Shown in pieces: positions 1-11,648 of a stretch of DNA of 64,000 nt. Under the pieces are notes generated by a model. It saw only the letters and a program-made list of their open reading frames with translations, did no database searches and was not told where the DNA came from. Origin of the DNA: Octopus vulgaris (Eukaryota). The stretch covers positions 8,246,001 through 8,310,000 of the forward strand of contig OX597829.1 in the NCBI GenBank assembly GCA_951406725.2, given 5' to 3'. The stretch's first letter is position 1, and each line of letters begins with the position of its first letter. A program made the translations under genes and the position numbers.

Positions 1-198
1 ATGCACATATCGTCAGCCACTAAGGGACATGATCAACTGGTTAAGGTCAAACAACTGACAAGCAAATCTGTGGTATTGAGCAGAATATTTGCTGTAGCCC
101 ATCTTTTATACCAAGACAAAACAATGTACATGATAACACTTCCAATCAGTTAAGATCAGAAGCCATGAGAGCCACTGCCTGGTACTGCATCAGGGCAA

Positions 199-279
199 TT
201 CTTCTTCTTCTTCTTCTTCTTCTTCTTCTTCTTCTTCTTCTTCTTCTTCTTCTTCTTCTTCTTCTTCTTCTTCTTCTTC

Positions 280-349
<70 letters not shown>
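199..349. repeat. Compound microsatellite (TTC)n then (TTA)n
   Basis: Directly visible. It accounts for the poly-N/R/L ORFs at 146-485. Confidence 0.97.
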
Positions 350-352
<3 letters not shown>

Positions 353-1252
353 TAGTCTTATTTTGATCAAGTATTTTCACTGCAATACCGAGCGCAGCTC
401 TATGTTCCATGGGTATGTGCTGTGGTTTGTTGTGATACTCTTTTATAATTACTGTATTGGAAGTTTTTTTTTTTACGTAGGATAGATGTGTGCGGTGCCT
501 GGTTCTGCTATTTTCTATATGTTATATATGCTTGTTAGTCCTGGTGTTTTTGTTATGTACTTTTTATCATACCTAATGCGCCTACTATGATAAGAATTAT
601 TTCTGCTTTTAGACTCCACATTCGAGTTACCTCTATTTCCAGGTCTTTGTATTTTGAAAGTTTCTCCATTTCTTTTAGAGAAACGTCATCATCTGTTTGT
701 ATTGAAATCATTTTTTTTCTTCATGATCTGTGACGACTATATCTGGCCTATTGGCCTTAATTTCTCTATATGTGTGTATTGGCATATCCCAGAGTATAGT
801 TGCTTTCTCGTTTTCTGTGACCTTTTCTGGTGTGTGCCTATACCATATTTTTTCTATTGTTATTTCATAGTGTTGGCATAGCCTCCACTGTATGTAGGTC
901 CCAACTCAGTCGTGTCTGTTTATATATTCCTTCTTAGCCAGGACTGCGCAGTCAGACACAATCTTGCATTTACTTGTTGAGTTTCTTTTCATTATATGTG
1001 TTTGGTAATTTCTGCTGGTGGTGGTGGTGGGGTTGCAATTAAAAATCCTTCAGTCTCTGCTTTAAATCCTGAGCTTCTCAGTCATTTTGGTGATTTTGCT
1101 TTGTCTATTTCTTTTCTCTTTAGTTTAATCCAGTTTTTACCATGAAGCGACTTTTCTTGCCATCATTTTATCACGGTCCATTGCTGTTCCAGTTTTAGTT
1201 TGGATTTCAGTTGTTTTACAGTTTTTATTGTTTCTTCTTTTTCTTCATAGTT
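350..1252 (-). mobile_element. Decayed R4/Dong-like non-LTR retrotransposon, 3' part (zinc-knuckle region, RLE, 3' UTR)
   Basis: Minus-strand manual translation gives LRSSGFKAETEGFLIA, WYRHTPEKVTENEKATILWDMPIHTYREIKANRPDIVV and KEMEKLSKYKDLEIEVTRMWSLKAEIILIIVGALG, which are R4/Dong RLE motifs. It is frameshifted, and the 3' end abuts (TAA)n. Confidence 0.85.
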
Positions 1253-1270
1253 GTTAGGTAGTATAACTTT

Positions 1271-1600
1271 CACTTGAAAAGGAAAGGGTGGATAGTGAGG
1301 TGCTGTCCTGGAGTGAATTTATGAAAAGATGGGTGAAAGTTACGAAAATGGCAAGAGTGGATGGTGCTGGGACGAGGTGACGAACAGGGTGGCCAGTCTC
1401 ACCCAGAAATGAACTGAGAGGAAACTGTCCTTGAAAGGTCGGGCAGAGGTGGTGAATGCCTATATCGCCTTCGTTATCAGTTATCGTTTGACCGTCGGTT
1501 CTTGCTCCAGTTATTGCTTGATTAAGTTCGAGCGACTCTTGTTCATGTTCTCGAGGAAGGGACGCGTTCAAGTGATCAGGCGGTCAATTTGCTACCAGCG
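1271..1600 (+). mobile_element. Tx1/L1-like ORF2 fragments (scrambled order)
   Basis: 1271-1365 resembles the ORF2 end of the 44-45 kb element (cacttgaaaaggaaa...aaaagatgggtgaa). 1368-1480 reads WDEVTNRVASLTQK*TERKLSLKGRAEVVNAYIA, the L1/Tx1 post-RT motif. Confidence 0.7.
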
Positions 1601-1602
1601 CT

Positions 1603-1895
1603 AATATTAGAATGGAATTTGGTCTCAAAAAAAAGGTAAAGTACAGTCCCTAGCAGAGATAAATTAATTAACAGAGAACTGATTAAACATATTGAAACGG
1701 AAGGCTACAAATACCTTGGCATATTAAAGTGCAAAGAAATCATGGAAAAGGAAACGAAAGAACTGAGAAAGGAATATTTCCGAAGACTGAGGTTGATGTT
1801 GTACTAAAAATTTACCGGTTGGAATAATTCCAAGCAGTTAATACATGGGCAATAGCATCACTTTGGTATGGAGCAGGCATCATAGACTGGCAACA
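1603..1895 (+). mobile_element. R4/Dong-like RT C-terminal fragment
   Basis: Frameshifted translation gives IRMEFGLKK, EGYKYLGIL, LRKEYFRRLRLML and QAVNTWAIASLWYGAGIIDW. Confidence 0.75.
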
Positions 1896-2231
1896 GAAAG
1901 ACCTGATGAACATGGAGGGGCATGGGGTGATTGTGGAGGTGAAGTCCACCCCACAACTCAGCAAGACTGGAATTCTTATGGAATTCCAGATACTAGTTTC
2001 TCAATAGGAAATAAATCGCATCCCGATTTTTTCTCTTTGGGGAAATGCAAACAGATGCCAGTTTCTCTAGAAGGAAAGAAACAGAAAGGTTAAAGAAAAC
2101 AAAATGGCTGGGGCGGGGATGATAGAGATGTGGCCCTCCTGATACAGGAAGGTCTCTAGGAATAATCGAGGATTCCCACTATCCGAGATTTCCCTGAAAC
2201 CCCAAGAGCAGGTGCCCTCTCCAAATCCTTC

Positions 2232-2420
2232 TTGCCGTCTCACAAGTCTACACTTGTAAATCTACTCAGAAACTTCCAGCTTTTTGACAGGTATCGATTG
2301 GATTTTACTGATATGCCAGTGTGGACATGGAGCAATCACAATGGGTCATCCAGATCGCATCTAGATAAAGTATTTGTTAGGTCAGCGGATAAGGATAGTA
2401 TTGGATGTCAACAATTCAAA
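2232..2420 (+). mobile_element. Tx1/L1-like AP-endonuclease fragment
   Basis: ORF 2232-2444 contains LFDRYRLDFTDMPVWTWSNHNGSSRSHLDKVFV, matching the APE D..R..(P)...WTW....S.LD pattern. Confidence 0.65.
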
Positions 2421-2767
2421 ACCACTGAACCACTGAATAAATAGTCCAATTGCTAACAGCTTTAGAAAAGGAAATAGCTTTGTTGAGGTTCATTGTGTTA
2501 TAATTGATGCTGTTGTTGTTGTTGTTGTTGGTGTCGTCATTGTTGTTGTTTTTTAAACAGTTATCACTATTGTTGTTTTAGATCGTGTTCATGTTACTTT
2601 CCTTGATTTCGATCTTGTTCATCTTGTTGCTGGTGCTGTTGTTGATACAGTTGCTGTTATTATTGTTGTTTCTGGTGTTTGTAGTGGTGGTGCTGTTTCT
2701 GTAGTCTTTGTTGTCATTACCATTGCTGTTGGTACTTTTGCACTTGTTACTGCCATACCCTTTCTAG

Positions 2768-3720
2768 TTAGAAAGTCTTTTCCAGTGACCCAAGATATTT
2801 GTAATCAGAAACTGACATACGTAGCATATAATCAACAACAACGATGAAAAGAAATGGGGCGAGTGTGTCTCCCTGCAGTATTCCGGCTTTGATTGAGAAA
2901 GATGATGTTTCTTCGTCAGGGGTTAAGATGGTTGAAGACGTATCTGTGTAGAGGACCTTCATGGCAGAAATGATTTTGTCTGGTATCCCATAGAGCTTAA
3001 GGATTTCAAACATCTTGTACCTATCTACAGAATCGAACGCTTTAGAAAAGTCTACAAATACCATTGCAAGATCGCGATTAAATGCTTTTGATTCTTCAAT
3101 AAGTCTGCGTAGGCATAGTATCTGGCTCAGTGTTGAGCGCCCATGTCTGAATCCATTTTGGTTCTTTTTGAGCAAAGGTTCAACAAAAAGGACAAGACGA
3201 TTTAGGATCAGTTTGTTGTACAGTTTTGCAGCAATTGACATTAGAGATATACCCCTGTATTTGGTGACGATGGATAAATCGCCTTTTTTGGGTATTGGGA
3301 TGATTTGAGATTGGTGCCAAATCTTTGGAGCGACAAAGGTGGAAAGTGTGTGGTTGCAGAGGTTGAGCAAAAGTGTGTGAAATCTATCATCCTTCCAAAT
3401 TATAGCTGGGATGTTGTCGGGACCAAATGCTTCCGAAGCTTTTAGTTGCTTGGTGGCTGCTGTTAGTTCAAATATGGTAAAAGGGGAGGTGTTGATGTCC
3501 AGCGTGTCTGATATAGGCACACTTGGAAGAGTGGGGTTATCAGGGATTTTGGGATTCTTCCCAAGGAGGTTTTTAGAATGGGTTGACAACTGTGTAGTGG
3601 TTGTCTTATTGTATTCGAGCACCTCATTAGTACCTTACTGAGTGCTTTATACTGTAAATTTTCAATTTTATCCTCATTTCCTAGACACCATAGGTGAATG
3701 GTCCTAAGTATTCTTTTCAC
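2768..3720 (-). mobile_element. RTE-group LINE reverse transcriptase fragment, internally deleted
   Basis: The 284-aa ORF has GPDNIP, IIPIPKKGD, YRGISL, QNGFRHGRST, FVDFSKAFDSV and GILQGDTLAPFLF, then jumps straight to YKYLGS with no YADD motif. Confidence 0.9.
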
Positions 3721-4370
3721 TATATCTTTGGTAACTTTATATCATTGTAACACGTTCAGCCCGCTTTGCATAGAATTTCTTTAATTCTTCAATTTAAGGC
3801 AAAGCAACAACAACAATGCCAGAAAACTGTTCTTATCCATTGAAAATGTCTCTATAATATGTGTATATATGTATATTCGTACTGATGTGCTTGTGTGGGC
3901 ACATGAGTGTGTGTGCTTCAGAAGAGCCTGCAAGCGATTGTACAGACAGCAAAAGTCATTTTACCAGATCTTCTTCGATCACGCATAAAATCTCTGCAGC
4001 AAGGCAATCCGCTTTCCGAGAATATACGAAGACAGAATTTAATGTATTGAATTTGTATCGCCTTAACTTACACATCCTACTCTCTTGAGGAAAGGAAACT
4101 CTAAATTGGATAATTTAGTCTGAGTATGTGGTTGAGGAGATACTACAGTTTACCACTGTAGTATCTACATGATGAGGGCTGACCCTGCGTTCGGCAACAA
4201 CGTATATACACACATTCCTATAGCCTATGCAGACACATACGCACACACGTTTGTGTATTTGTTTTGCAAGATTCAGAATGGACTAAACAGATCAAGAGGA
4301 GACACATGGGACGGAGAGTCGCTGAAGAAGTCACATGATGTATGACAAAATATTTCAGACAAAGGAGTAA

Positions 4371-4448
<78 letters not shown>

Positions 4449-4585
4449 GTTAAAGTGCAAAACAGAATATATAATACGAGTGGTTAATTGACTAAAAAAA
4501 TGACCATCCCCAAATATAACAATATATATATACAGATATATATACATGCATACATACATACATATATACATACATACATAAATAC

Positions 4586-4657
<72 letters not shown>
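4371..4657. repeat. (AAT)n and (TA)n/(CATA)n microsatellites with a short unique spacer
   Basis: Directly visible. Confidence 0.95.
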
Positions 4658-4659
<2 letters not shown>

Positions 4660-4845
4660 AAGTAGATAAATGGTACAACAAGGCACCGATATTTACTGGA
4701 AAATAGCAATCGATATAAATACGACGCTATTGTATAGCTTCACTGCGTATATACATAGCAAAGACGCGTGTGTGCAACAAACATGAAAAAAATTTGTCTT
4801 ACCTCTAGGAAGAACATTCGATAAATGGACAACCTAGAATCGGAT

Positions 4846-4918
4846 AATGCAGGACCGGTTTCTGACTCTTCAAATACGTTTGACAACGTAAAATTGATTA
4901 GTCTTCATCAGCTGCATT
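4846..4918 (-). ncRNA. Minimal type I hammerhead ribozyme motif, apparently intact
   Basis: Minus strand reads AATGCAG-CTGATGA-A-GACT...TACGTT gtca AACGTA...AGTC-A-GAAA-CCGG-TC|CTGCATT. It has a 7-bp stem I, the full core, palindromic ACCGGT stem III and a GUC triplet. Confidence 0.85.
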
Positions 4919-4958
4919 TACCTAGACAAGATTTCAAATGTTGCCGCATCAATACTAG

Positions 4959-5016
<58 letters not shown>

Positions 5017-5617
5017 TACATACATACATACATACATAAATATATATATACATATACATATATATATGTATATGTATGAATATATATATATATCTATACA
5101 CACACACATGTATATATATATATATATATATATATATGTAACAAATTCTGCCTATAGGTCATAACTATTAACGTGACTTGTTTTTTGAGAAACACACTTA
5201 TTCCGTTAATTAGCGACGTTCTCAAACACCTACCTACCAAACAAAACTGTTTTGTACCAGTTGAGAAGTAGTCAGTGCTACCAAATAAAGATTTTCTCAA
5301 TGTAAGTTAGTCTACCTAAATGTTTGTGTAATATTTAGCTCTTAATCTGAATAGGTGTGTCGACACATTTGTGTGTAACAGATGTACAGCGAAATCTATT
5401 GGAACAAATGTTCTGATGCGTTCATCAATGATATTTTCGTGTGAATAACAATGTTCAGTCTGTAGAAACCGCCATGATAGCTGTCATTTGTAACTCGTCT
5501 TTTGTATCTTTAGCAACAACCTTTGCAGTTTCGGGTTTCAGCCCCTATTTAAACGTCTAATATACATAAAGTACACGCAAGGGGAAAGTATGATTTATCT
5601 TTTTCGTTCTTTCTTTG

Positions 5618-5665
<48 letters not shown>

Positions 5666-5744
5666 TTTTCTTTCTTTCATTCTTTCTTTCTTTCATTCTT
5701 TCTTTCTTTCTTTCCATTCTCGAACAAACACACAGACACACACG

Positions 5745-5805
<61 letters not shown>

Positions 5806-6145
5806 TCACAAGCATTCATATACTCTTTATGTTGAGTGACTTGTAAGGAGGTGTAAGTTACTTTGCTCTCAGTCATAAGTATATTATTAGAGCGATAAAG
5901 TTAATGCAAATAGTATTGCGCCGGATTAGATGCTTTGCAATATCTAATTTTCTAACTTCACAATCCGTAATTGAAACCCTTACGCGGCTGGAAGAATAAC
6001 GTTCCTTTCAGTTGCTTACTATAGTAGGTATAACATTAGTCTTATGTTAAGTTGAAATAAATATTTTTGCTTTAGTCACCCGCATGGTCATTAGATTTGC
6101 TAAACGTAGTAATCAAATATTACTCAAGCTACATTATATTGTTAT

Positions 6146-6224
<79 letters not shown>

Positions 6225-6466
6225 ACATTGAGTAATGACGTCCTTTGCATATTTCATTAGGAAAAAAAAAGAGCAAAGCAAGAAGGTTATGTTTGTAAAA
6301 CTTTTGATTGTAGGTCTGTTTAGAGTCAAAAGAAACTCCGGGTTTCAAAAACTAAACAACAGAGACACAGTAGAATTAATAACAACGCTAACAACAACAA
6401 TTTGATTAGTCTTCATCAGCTGCATTTACCTAAACAAGATTTCAAATGTTGCCGCATCAATACTAG

Positions 6467-6514
<48 letters not shown>

Positions 6515-6600
6515 CATACATACATACATATATATATATGTATATGTATGAATATATATCTATCTATACACACACACACACACCCACATACACACACACA
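4894..6600 (+). repeat. ~200-bp direct duplication (4894-~5105 and 6402-~6580)
   Basis: ttgattagtcttcatcagctgcatttaccta(g/a)acaagatttcaaatgttgccgcatcaatactagta and the same run of microsatellite blocks occur twice. Confidence 0.9.
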
Positions 6601-6627
6601 CACGCAACGGCAGCAATAATAATAATC

Positions 6628-7410
6628 ATCTCTACGATAGGTACGAAGAGTGAAATTTGGGGGGAGGAGACCCCCAGTGTTTCACTTGTACTTAATTTAT
6701 TGACCCTGAAAGGATGAAGGGCAAAGTCGACCTCAGCAGAATTTGAACTCAGAATATGAAGACAGACGAAATACTGCTAAGCATTTTGTCCGGCGTGCTA
6801 ACGATTTAACCAGCACCTCGCCTTAGTAGCAATAATAATAATCTTTTCTGGTACAGGCACAAGGCTTGAAATTTTGCACGTGGTAGGGGGACTAGTTGAT
6901 TACATTGACACCAGTGTTTCACTGGTACTTAACTTATCGACCCCGAAAGGATGAAAGGCAAAATAGACTTCGGCGGAATTAGACTTAATACCTATTTCTA
7001 TATTACCCACAAGGAGCTAAACACAGAGAGGACAAACAAGGACAGACAAAGGGATTAAGTGCATTATATCAACCCCAGTGCGTAACTGGTACTTATTTAA
7101 TTGACCCCGAATGGATGAAAGGCAAAGTCGACCTCGGCGAAATTTGAACTCAGAACGTAAAGACAGATGAAATACCTATTTCTTTACTACCCACAAGGAG
7201 CTAAACACAGAGGGGACAAACAAGGACAAACAAAGGGATTATGTCGATTATATCGATCCCAGTGCGTAACTGGTACTTAATTTATCGACCCCGAAAGGAT
7301 GAAAAGCAAAGTCGACCTTGGCGGAATTTGAACTGAGAACGTAACGACAGACGAAATACGGCTACGCATTTCGCCCGGCGTGCTAACGGTTCTGCCAGCT
7401 CACCGCTTTA
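6628..7410 (-). mobile_element. Cluster of tRNA-derived SINE family A: a monomer plus a three-core multimer
   Basis: Repeated core gtacttaatttatcgaccccgaaaggatgaaaggcaaagtcgacctcggcggaatttgaactcagaacg. The minus strand has an A-box-like TGGCAGAA and a B box GAGTTCAAATTC. Confidence 0.88.
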
Positions 7411-7448
7411 GTAGCAATAATAATTATGATACTAACAACAAGAAAACA

Positions 7449-7479
<31 letters not shown>

Positions 7480-8136
7480 CAAACAAAACAATAGCTAGAA
7501 CAGCAACAATGACAACAACAACTATAGCATTTGAAAGAATAACACAAAGCAACAAAAAGAGGAAAATAATCGGCATGTTAAAGGGAGCGAGATTGTTTCA
7601 ATATACTTACAGCAATAATGCTCTTAAGATATCGCTAAAAATCTCATTCTACTCTCTCCCCGCCATCTATAAATCTGTGGTTTTATGTCTAACGTCATAT
7701 GATATGTTCTCTTTGCTCTGTCTAGGGTCGTATTTATAAATGATTTCTGTGTACAGATATTTCTTTTATACATACGCCTGATTCTGCGCGCGCGTGTGTG
7801 TGTGTGTGTGTGTGTGCATGCGAGCGCGCGGGTGTTTGCATGTATGTATATGAATCTATCTATATATATATATGCGCGCATACATACACGTATATACGCG
7901 TGTGTGTGAGTATTACATATATATATCGCGTATATATATATAATATACATAAAGATATGTATATATAGGCATACACACATATATGCATGTATAGATGTAT
8001 GTGCGAACATAGTCATACTCGCACACTCACATGTATGCACGCATTTCACATATTAACGCGCATGTATATGTATGTGTGTATGTATAACCTCATATATATG
8101 CATGTATACATAACTATACATCCATACATATACATA

Positions 8137-8159
8137 TCTATCTATCTATCCATCCATCA

Positions 8160-8218
<59 letters not shown>

Positions 8219-8223
8219 CATCA

Positions 8224-8304
<81 letters not shown>

Positions 8305-8362
8305 GCTAGCTATCTATCCATCCATCCATCCATCCATCCATACATCCATCCATCCATCATCA

Positions 8363-8431
<69 letters not shown>

Positions 8432-8565
8432 CCTACCTACCTACCTACCTACCTACCTACCTACCTACCTACCTACCTACCTACCTACCTGCCTACCTAC
8501 CTACCTACCTACCTACCTACCTACCTACCTACCTACCTACCTGTCTTTCTGTCTGTCTGTCTATC
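8137..8565. repeat. Compound tetranucleotide array (TCTA)n/(TCCA)n/(CCTA)n
   Basis: Directly visible. Confidence 0.95.
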
Positions 8566-9035
8566 TCTATGCCTATAGCTTTCATCTCACATGTTATTCT
8601 CAGATACCGACTCTTTCACTTTACCCTGGAAGCTTTTTATTCTCTAAACGTTGAGTGATTTGTGCTTCTTAAAGGTAAAAGTTGGTGACTCCCTGCGATA
8701 CACCTCCTCATTTCCAAATGATCTTTTTCTAGCTTCCACTTTATACACACACACACACATACTTACATTTGCGTGTTTGTGTGCATGTGTGCAGGTGTGT
8801 ATATATTATACATATATGTGTGCATGTATGTATATAGTAGTAACATAGAAAATGTTAAGTTTCGAAGTGCTCACTCCACCTGCTAGAAATAGTAGTGAAA
8901 CCCTCCTCAAAATACACCATACTGCTTTAAAAAGAAATGCATATAATGGCTAAGTTGGCCTTAGATACGTGAGACTTTACTATAACGCCGTTGATAATTG
9001 ATTACTTAAACGTAAACATTATAACTATTCATATC

Positions 9036-9433
9036 CTTTTCTACTCTAGCCACAAGGCCCGAAATTTTGAGGGAGGAGGCCGGTCAATTATATCGACGCT
9101 AGTTCGCATCTGGTACTTAATTTATCGACCTTGAAAGGATGAAAGGCAAAGTCGATCTGGGCGGAATTTGAACTCAGAACGTAAAGACAGACGAAATACC
9201 TATTTCTTTACTACCCACAAGGGGCTTAATACAGAGGGGACAAACAAGGACAGACAAACGGATTAAGTCGATTATATCAACCCCAGTGCGTAACTGGTAC
9301 TTATTTAATCGACCCCGAAAGGATGAAAGGCAAAGTCGAGTTCGGCGGAATTTGAACTCAGAACGTAACGACAGACGAAATACCGCAAAGCATTTCGCCC
9401 GGCGTGCTAACGTTTCTGCCAGCGTGCCGCCTT
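9036..9433 (-). mobile_element. SINE family A, two-core form
   Basis: Same head and core as 6843-7410, with two cores joined by the cccacaaggggct...gacaaacaaggacagac linker. Confidence 0.88.
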
Positions 9434-11306
9434 TATAACTATTCATATCAACGTAGGACTTTGCATGTCTAAGTATCAATTAAAAACAGCTCAGATTCTT
9501 TTCTCGGAGCCAAAGTGTAGTGGTTTTCTATACTATTGTGTAATCATATGAATTTTATTGTAATACTACGGACAGGCTCATTACTCTTATGACAGTAATG
9601 CACTGCTAGTGGCAACGTATATGCTGCTATCAAAACCGTTAAAAATTTCTGATTGTATGAGCTGGGTGTGGTGGACAGCCGGGGATGGACAAGGGCGCGG
9701 GGGTGAGTGAAGTATGATAATTTTAGTACGATAATTCTACTAAACGCAGAGTTAATGATTCTGGTCATGGTGCTAACAAAGAGGTTAGTAATTAACATTG
9801 GCAACATTGTGGTAAACCACAGACTTGTGCGATTCCTGACAGGTCTGTTCATAATAACATCATACTTACACAATGAAATATAGAGGAATATGTTTGTAAC
9901 TATATTTTTAGTTGGACTTTGATAAAATTTGATCAATCTAAAATCGTTGTCAAGTTGTAGGTCATTGCTATGCAGGGAAATCATTCTGCGAAATTTATTC
10001 ACCGGAACAGCAACTTATCGGCGATATTTCGAATCGTTTCAGAGTGCTCCGCATGCTTGGATACCTTGGATCGATGAGACAGCAACAGATGTCAGTCATT
10101 AAAAGTTAAAGTGCTTAGGTGTTAGTTTGATTTCTCTCCATCCAGGCAATTAGAAACTTTTTACGAGCAAGAAAGCGTATCTCACTCGGGAATAGGATGA
10201 GAAAAAGAATGATCAGACGAAAATAGAAAATAATATGATTGAAACATTTCAATGAATTTACTGCTTCTGAAAAGGTTATAATGAAAATTTAGGAGTCGTC
10301 AACAGAGTTTTTTTTTTCCCTATAATCACCTAATCTTTTAAAAGTGTAGCCAGGTCACCCTCAAGCATATATTCCCATTTCCTTTAGCTACCTCCCAAAA
10401 AGAGAACGACGTTAGACAATGTAGAATTAAATATCTTTTGGAACACTTTTAATCATAATTCCGTTTCATTAGATTTGACATAAGAATAAAAACAATATGG
10501 GCACGAAAAGCAGCAGTAGTAACAGCGACGCTGCCGCTGTTGACTTTGTTGACATATCCTCGGAAGATTGTAAGGTAAAGTTTATTTCATAAGAATTTAG
10601 ACTTATAAAGAACGTAATTAAATACTGTAAGGCATTTCTTTGACATCCTGCTCTTCACTCCAATACATCACTTCCACCGATAGTATTTGATACAGATCGA
10701 TTCTTCAGAGTCATGATGAATATATTGAATCAAACTGCTAAAAATATCTGAGCTACTAAATCTTTCCCAGGTTTCATTCTTCCGACTTTCAAAGCAAAAT
10801 GCAGGAAGCATTCATTAGATAATCTAGCCCAAGCTAAACCATACTTGAATAAAAGACAGGATGGTATACGTTTTTCATTAAGTCTGATTGATCTTAGCTG
10901 ACTGCCCCAGAGCTAGACAATAAATCTCGGTAACTGTAAATGGTAAAAGAACATCAATTAACAGCAATAAGTAGTGACAACAACTACAATAGTGATTAAA
11001 CCAATTCCTGTAGCCAGTTCTGGTTCTGGAGATAGATTGAGAGTCAAAGAAAGAGGGAGATGGGGTGGAGAGAGGCGGAGGAGGAAGGGAGAGTTTACCG
11101 TTGCCCCCACTGAAATGGTTTATTTATTTCCGTTTGAAACTAATTTACTTCAATTACATACCCTGATTGCCCAGCAGGAAAATATATATGACGTCATGAC
11201 ATCCCATTAACGACAGAAAGGCCTCATGCTTGTTCCGCCCGCAATAAATGAATAAATAATATAAATAATAAAATATAAAAAGAAAGAAAAGTATGCAACA
11301 ATACTG

Positions 11307-11348
<42 letters not shown>

Positions 11349-11353
<5 letters not shown>

Positions 11354-11595
11354 TAATTTAGGGTATCTAAGAGATACCACCATGCTGGAAATAGCAGTCA
11401 AAACTTGACTCTAAAACCACATTAAATGTTCATACAGCACCAGGAGAGAAGATCAGAGAAGATCCAGTAATTTTTTGCTTGTTTATTTTGTCTTTTTGTC
11501 TTCTCTCCTGGTGCTATATGAACATTTAATGTGGTTTTAGAGTCAAATTTTGGCTGCTATTTCCAGCGTGGAGGTACCTCTTAGATACCCTAAAT

Positions 11596-11602
<7 letters not shown>
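11349..11602. repeat. Fold-back inverted repeat (~104-bp arms, ~46-nt loop) between (TA)n tracts
   Basis: 11349-11452 (aattataatttagggtatctaagag...agcaccaggagagaaga) is the reverse complement of 11499-11602 apart from a few substitutions. Confidence 0.92.
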
Positions 11603-11644
<42 letters not shown>

Positions 11645-11648
<4 letters not shown>

